Origin: Calothrix sp. NIES-2100
GTDB taxonomy: Bacteria > Cyanobacteriota > Cyanobacteriia > Cyanobacteriales > Nostocaceae
NCBI GenBank assembly: GCA_002368195.1
Contig: AP018178.1
Span: 5,081,286-5,145,285, forward strand
Length of the DNA stretch: 64,000 bases
Direction: 5' to 3'
Shown one piece after another: positions 61,245 through 64,000 of the stretch (its first letter is position 1; every line of letters starts with the position of its first letter). The notes under the pieces were generated by a model. It was given only the letters and a program-made list of their open reading frames with translations, did no database searches and was not told the DNA's origin. The position numbers and the translations under genes were made by a program.

Positions 61245-61871
61245 TTATTCTTCTTGATGGCCAATACCTTGAAGTAAAAGCTGAGTAATCCGGCGCATAT
61301 AGGTTTCTACCGGCTCATCTGTGGGTTTAAATATAATTGCGTAATATAGCGACCCACTCAGCAGATCAAAGATCAGATCGACATCGGCATTTTCCTGAAT
61401 TTCTCCTCTAGACTTTGCTCTTTGCAGGACTATGGCAAAGGCCTCACGGCGGGGCATAGTGTATTTTGTCCAATAAACTTGGGCAAATTGAGGATTGCTA
61501 GATGCGGTGCTGATAATTAAGGCGAGTGTTTGACGACCAAGGGGACTGAGGATTTTTTTCGCCGCATTCTCGATCGCAATATCCATATCTCCCCAGAAAC
61601 TTCCTGTATCAGGGATCGTTAAATCCGCCCTGAGACTTTCAATCGCATCTGCAACTAGTTCTTCTTTAGAAGAATAACGGCGATAGATGGTAGTTTTGCC
61701 AACTCCAGCGCGAGAGGCGATCGCTTCTATACTCATACTTTGATATCCCACCTCTGCCAGTAAATCCAAGGTTGCTTGGAGAATAGCCTGGTCAGCATGG
61801 GTGCTACGTGGTCGTCCAGTAGGGCTATTTATCTGCTTACTCATAAACGCATCTTCTCTCAGCAATAACAT
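61245..61871 (-). CDS. TetR/AcrR-family transcriptional regulator
   Basis: HTH 'SIEAIASRAGVGKTTIYRRYSSKEEL'. Divergent from the MFS exporter. The start is probably the internal ATG (MSKQIN...). Confidence 0.8.
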   Translation of the reverse strand: MLLLREDAFMSKQINSPTGRPRSTHADQAILQATLDLLAEVGYQSMSIEAIASRAGVGKTTIYRRYSSKEELVADAIESLRADLTIPDTGSFWGDMDIAIENAAKKILSPLGRQTLALIISTASSNPQFAQVYWTKYTMPRREAFAIVLQRAKSRGEIQENADVDLIFDLLSGSLYYAIIFKPTDEPVETYMRRITQLLLQGIGHQEE

Positions 61872-61997
61872 CTTGGCAATTTAACGCCCAGTTTCTTAAC
61901 CTTCAGTGCCCTTGACTAATTATATACGATACGCTACCGTAGCGTATGGGTAAGAGAGGGGACAAGAAGGACAAGGAACCAGAGAAGAAATAACTTA

Positions 61998-62046
61998 TGC
62001 CCAATGCCCAATGCCCAATGACAAATGACAAATGACAAATGACAAC
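61998..62046. repeat. Heptamer arrays (CCCAATG)x3 + (ACAAATG)x3 running into the MFS start codon
   Basis: cccaatgcccaatgcccaatgacaaatgacaaatgacaaatgacaactc. Confidence 0.9.
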
Positions 62047-63613
62047 TCATGTAAATCAAGGTGGTTATATTCAGGGGCCGCTGAAATGGGCGATCGCCTT
62101 TTCTGCTGCCCTAGGCGCAATTCTAGAGGTAATTGATACCAGCATTGTCAACGTGGCGCTGACCTCGATGCAAGCCAGCCTAGGGGCAACTGTGAGTGAA
62201 ATTGCCTGGGTAGTTACCGGATATGCGATCGCTAACGTTGTTTTAATTCCCTTATCTGCTTGGTTGGGAGATTACTTTGGTAAAAAAACCTATTTTATTT
62301 TTTCGCTGATTGGCTTCACCATCGCCTCAGTCATCTGTGGGCTATCAATTAATCTCCCAATGCTGATTATTTCCCGTATCGCCCAAGGATTATTTGGTGG
62401 GGGACTACTAGCCAAAGCCCAAGCCATTTTATTTGAAACCTTTCCTCCTGCTGAACAAGGTTTAGCCCAAGCAGTCTTTGGGGTAGGAGTAATTTCCGGC
62501 CCAGCAATTGGCCCAACTTTAGGCGGCTACCTCACCGACGCTTTAGGTTGGCGCTGGATTTTCTTTATTAATATTCCTTTTGGGATCTTGGCTGTGGTGA
62601 TGTGTTGGATGTTCTTACCCAAAGATAAAGACAAAAGTCGGACACAAAGCCAAGCTGTCGATTGGTTGGGGATCGGGTTTTTGGTAATTGCGATTGGCTG
62701 TATGCAGACTTTCTTAGAAGAAGGGGAAAAAGAAGACTGGTTTTCTTCTGGCTTCATCACCAGTTTAGCGATCGCCAGCGTTGTCGGATTGGTACTGTTT
62801 ATTTGGCAAGAATTGAAAACGCCTCATCCTGCTGTCGATTTAAGAGTATTACATCACCGTTCCTTAGCTGCGGGGAGTGTTTTATCTGCGATCGTCGGGA
62901 TGGGATTGTATGGCGCACTATTTGCTGTGCCGATTTTTGCTCAGAGTATTCTGCACTTTACCGCCAGCCAGACAGGACTTTTACTCGCCCCTGGTGCTTT
63001 AGCTTCAGCAATTGTCATGGTGATGTTAGGTAAATTGTCCACCAAAATCGATGCCAGAATTTTAATTGCGATCGGTGGTGTGGGAACAGCTATGGTGATG
63101 TTTGATTTATCAAAACTCACTTCCCAAACTGGAGCCGACGATTTATTTTGGCCTTTGGTATGGCGTGGGGCTTTTACCGTACTCATGTTTTTACCTCTGA
63201 GTCTAGCAACATTGGGATCGCTGCCCAAAAAAGATATTTCAGCAGGCTCAGGCTTTTACAACCTCACCCGACAATTGGGTGGTAGCGTTGGTATTGCTAT
63301 TCTCACTACCTTACTGGACAAACGCGAAGCTTTTCATCGAGCTATGTTGTTAACAAACCTTAGCCCTTATAATCCAGAAACAACTCAGCGTCTTGAGTTA
63401 CTAATTGGGGCGATGCAAAGCCAAGGTATGGACGCAACCACAGCACAGCAACAAGCACTAGCTATACTCAGTCAAACAGTAAATGTCCAAGCAGCAGTTT
63501 TATCTTTTGCAGATATATTTCGAGTAGTGGGTGTAGCGTTTCTTTGCTCATTGCCTTTGTTGCTGTTTTTAGGTAAAGGTGGAGCAGGAGCAAAAGCACC
63601 AGTGGGTCATTAA
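62039..63613 (+). CDS. MFS multidrug efflux transporter, DHA2 (14-TMS EmrB/QacA) family
   Basis: 524 aa, 14 predicted TMs. The 'GDYFGKK' motif A-like loop lies between TM2 and TM3. Divergent TetR partner. Confidence 0.8.
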   Translation: MTTHVNQGGYIQGPLKWAIAFSAALGAILEVIDTSIVNVALTSMQASLGATVSEIAWVVTGYAIANVVLIPLSAWLGDYFGKKTYFIFSLIGFTIASVICGLSINLPMLIISRIAQGLFGGGLLAKAQAILFETFPPAEQGLAQAVFGVGVISGPAIGPTLGGYLTDALGWRWIFFINIPFGILAVVMCWMFLPKDKDKSRTQSQAVDWLGIGFLVIAIGCMQTFLEEGEKEDWFSSGFITSLAIASVVGLVLFIWQELKTPHPAVDLRVLHHRSLAAGSVLSAIVGMGLYGALFAVPIFAQSILHFTASQTGLLLAPGALASAIVMVMLGKLSTKIDARILIAIGGVGTAMVMFDLSKLTSQTGADDLFWPLVWRGAFTVLMFLPLSLATLGSLPKKDISAGSGFYNLTRQLGGSVGIAILTTLLDKREAFHRAMLLTNLSPYNPETTQRLELLIGAMQSQGMDATTAQQQALAILSQTVNVQAAVLSFADIFRVVGVAFLCSLPLLLFLGKGGAGAKAPVGH

Positions 63614-64000
63614 GAGGATGTTTGAAAAGTTTTGAAAGGTTACATTTTAGGTCAATCGCCTCACCATGATCCGAATCATGGCAAGGTAGATGAACGTCTT
63701 TGATGTTTCCAGCAATAAGCGTGTTCGTAGGTCTCCACAAAATTCCTAAGAAGCTTATAGAATGTACATTCTCCGGACGGAAAAACTCCTATCCAAACCT
63801 CAGCCTAATGCACCAATATCTACTACTCATAGTTTTTTGCAGGTACTCTAAAAGCTGCATATTTCCATTCATCACCCTCTAAATATTCAATTTTAAATTC
63901 CCCTTTAGTTACTAAATTCATATCTTGAAGTTTTACTATTCCATTTTCTCCTAAGACAACGCATTCTGAATTAACAGTGGCATTTGGGCTGGGATTTATA

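Noticed and set aside
63468-63882. Small ORFs at the 3' end of the window (90 aa -, 60 aa +)
   Set aside because: No motifs. The region after the MFS gene may contain the start of a minus-strand gene running off the window, but I cannot delimit it.
1-64000. tRNA/rRNA genes
   Set aside because: I scanned intergenic regions for T-loop (GGTTCGAATCC-like) and anticodon-stem patterns and for rRNA-like conserved blocks. None were seen. A tRNAscan/Infernal run would be needed to be certain.

Overview
This window looks like cyanobacterial chromosome, most likely from a heterocyst-forming Nostocales strain. The evidence is very frequent HIP1 octamers (GCGATCGC, including inside genes), many 7-bp STRR-type tandem heptamers in intergenic DNA, and several dispersed hairpin and MITE-like repeat families. 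Roughly 45 protein-coding genes are supportable from the sequence.

Housekeeping and metabolic genes:
- A 5'-truncated APC-type amino-acid permease and a lipoprotein SAM-methyltransferase.
- A divergent low-oxygen tetrapyrrole pair: radical-SAM HemN and the diiron cyclase AcsF.
- Fe/Mn superoxide dismutase, a PanC-Cmk fusion, an RlpA-like protein, glutaminase, a GHL10-like hydrolase, an M50 site-2 protease, an Old Yellow Enzyme, SucC/SucD, Rel/SpoT, and a divergent TetR + DHA2-MFS pair.

Accessory features that deserve a second look:
- An apparently complete fatty-acid beta-oxidation cassette: acyl-CoA ligase, a FadN-type dehydrogenase/hydratase, thiolase, an E. coli-type membrane-anchored FadE, and an adjacent lipase-like hydrolase. 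This is unusual for a cyanobacterium.
- An 1184-aa NB-ARC/STAND NTPase carrying about 19 tandem ~32-aa alpha-helical repeats and an in-frame hairpin-repeat insertion. It sits next to a DUF433/DUF5615 toxin-antitoxin-like pair that is flanked by direct repeats.
- A putative export operon (parvulin-like protein, cNMP-like/C39-like ABC permease-ATPase, HlyD) interrupted by a 21-bp minisatellite bracketed by inverted heptamer arrays. It is surrounded by three large, internally repetitive, calcium-binding or secreted proteins, one of which has three tandem CAP/SCP domains plus RTX repeats.

I found no rRNA or tRNA genes and no CRISPR array.
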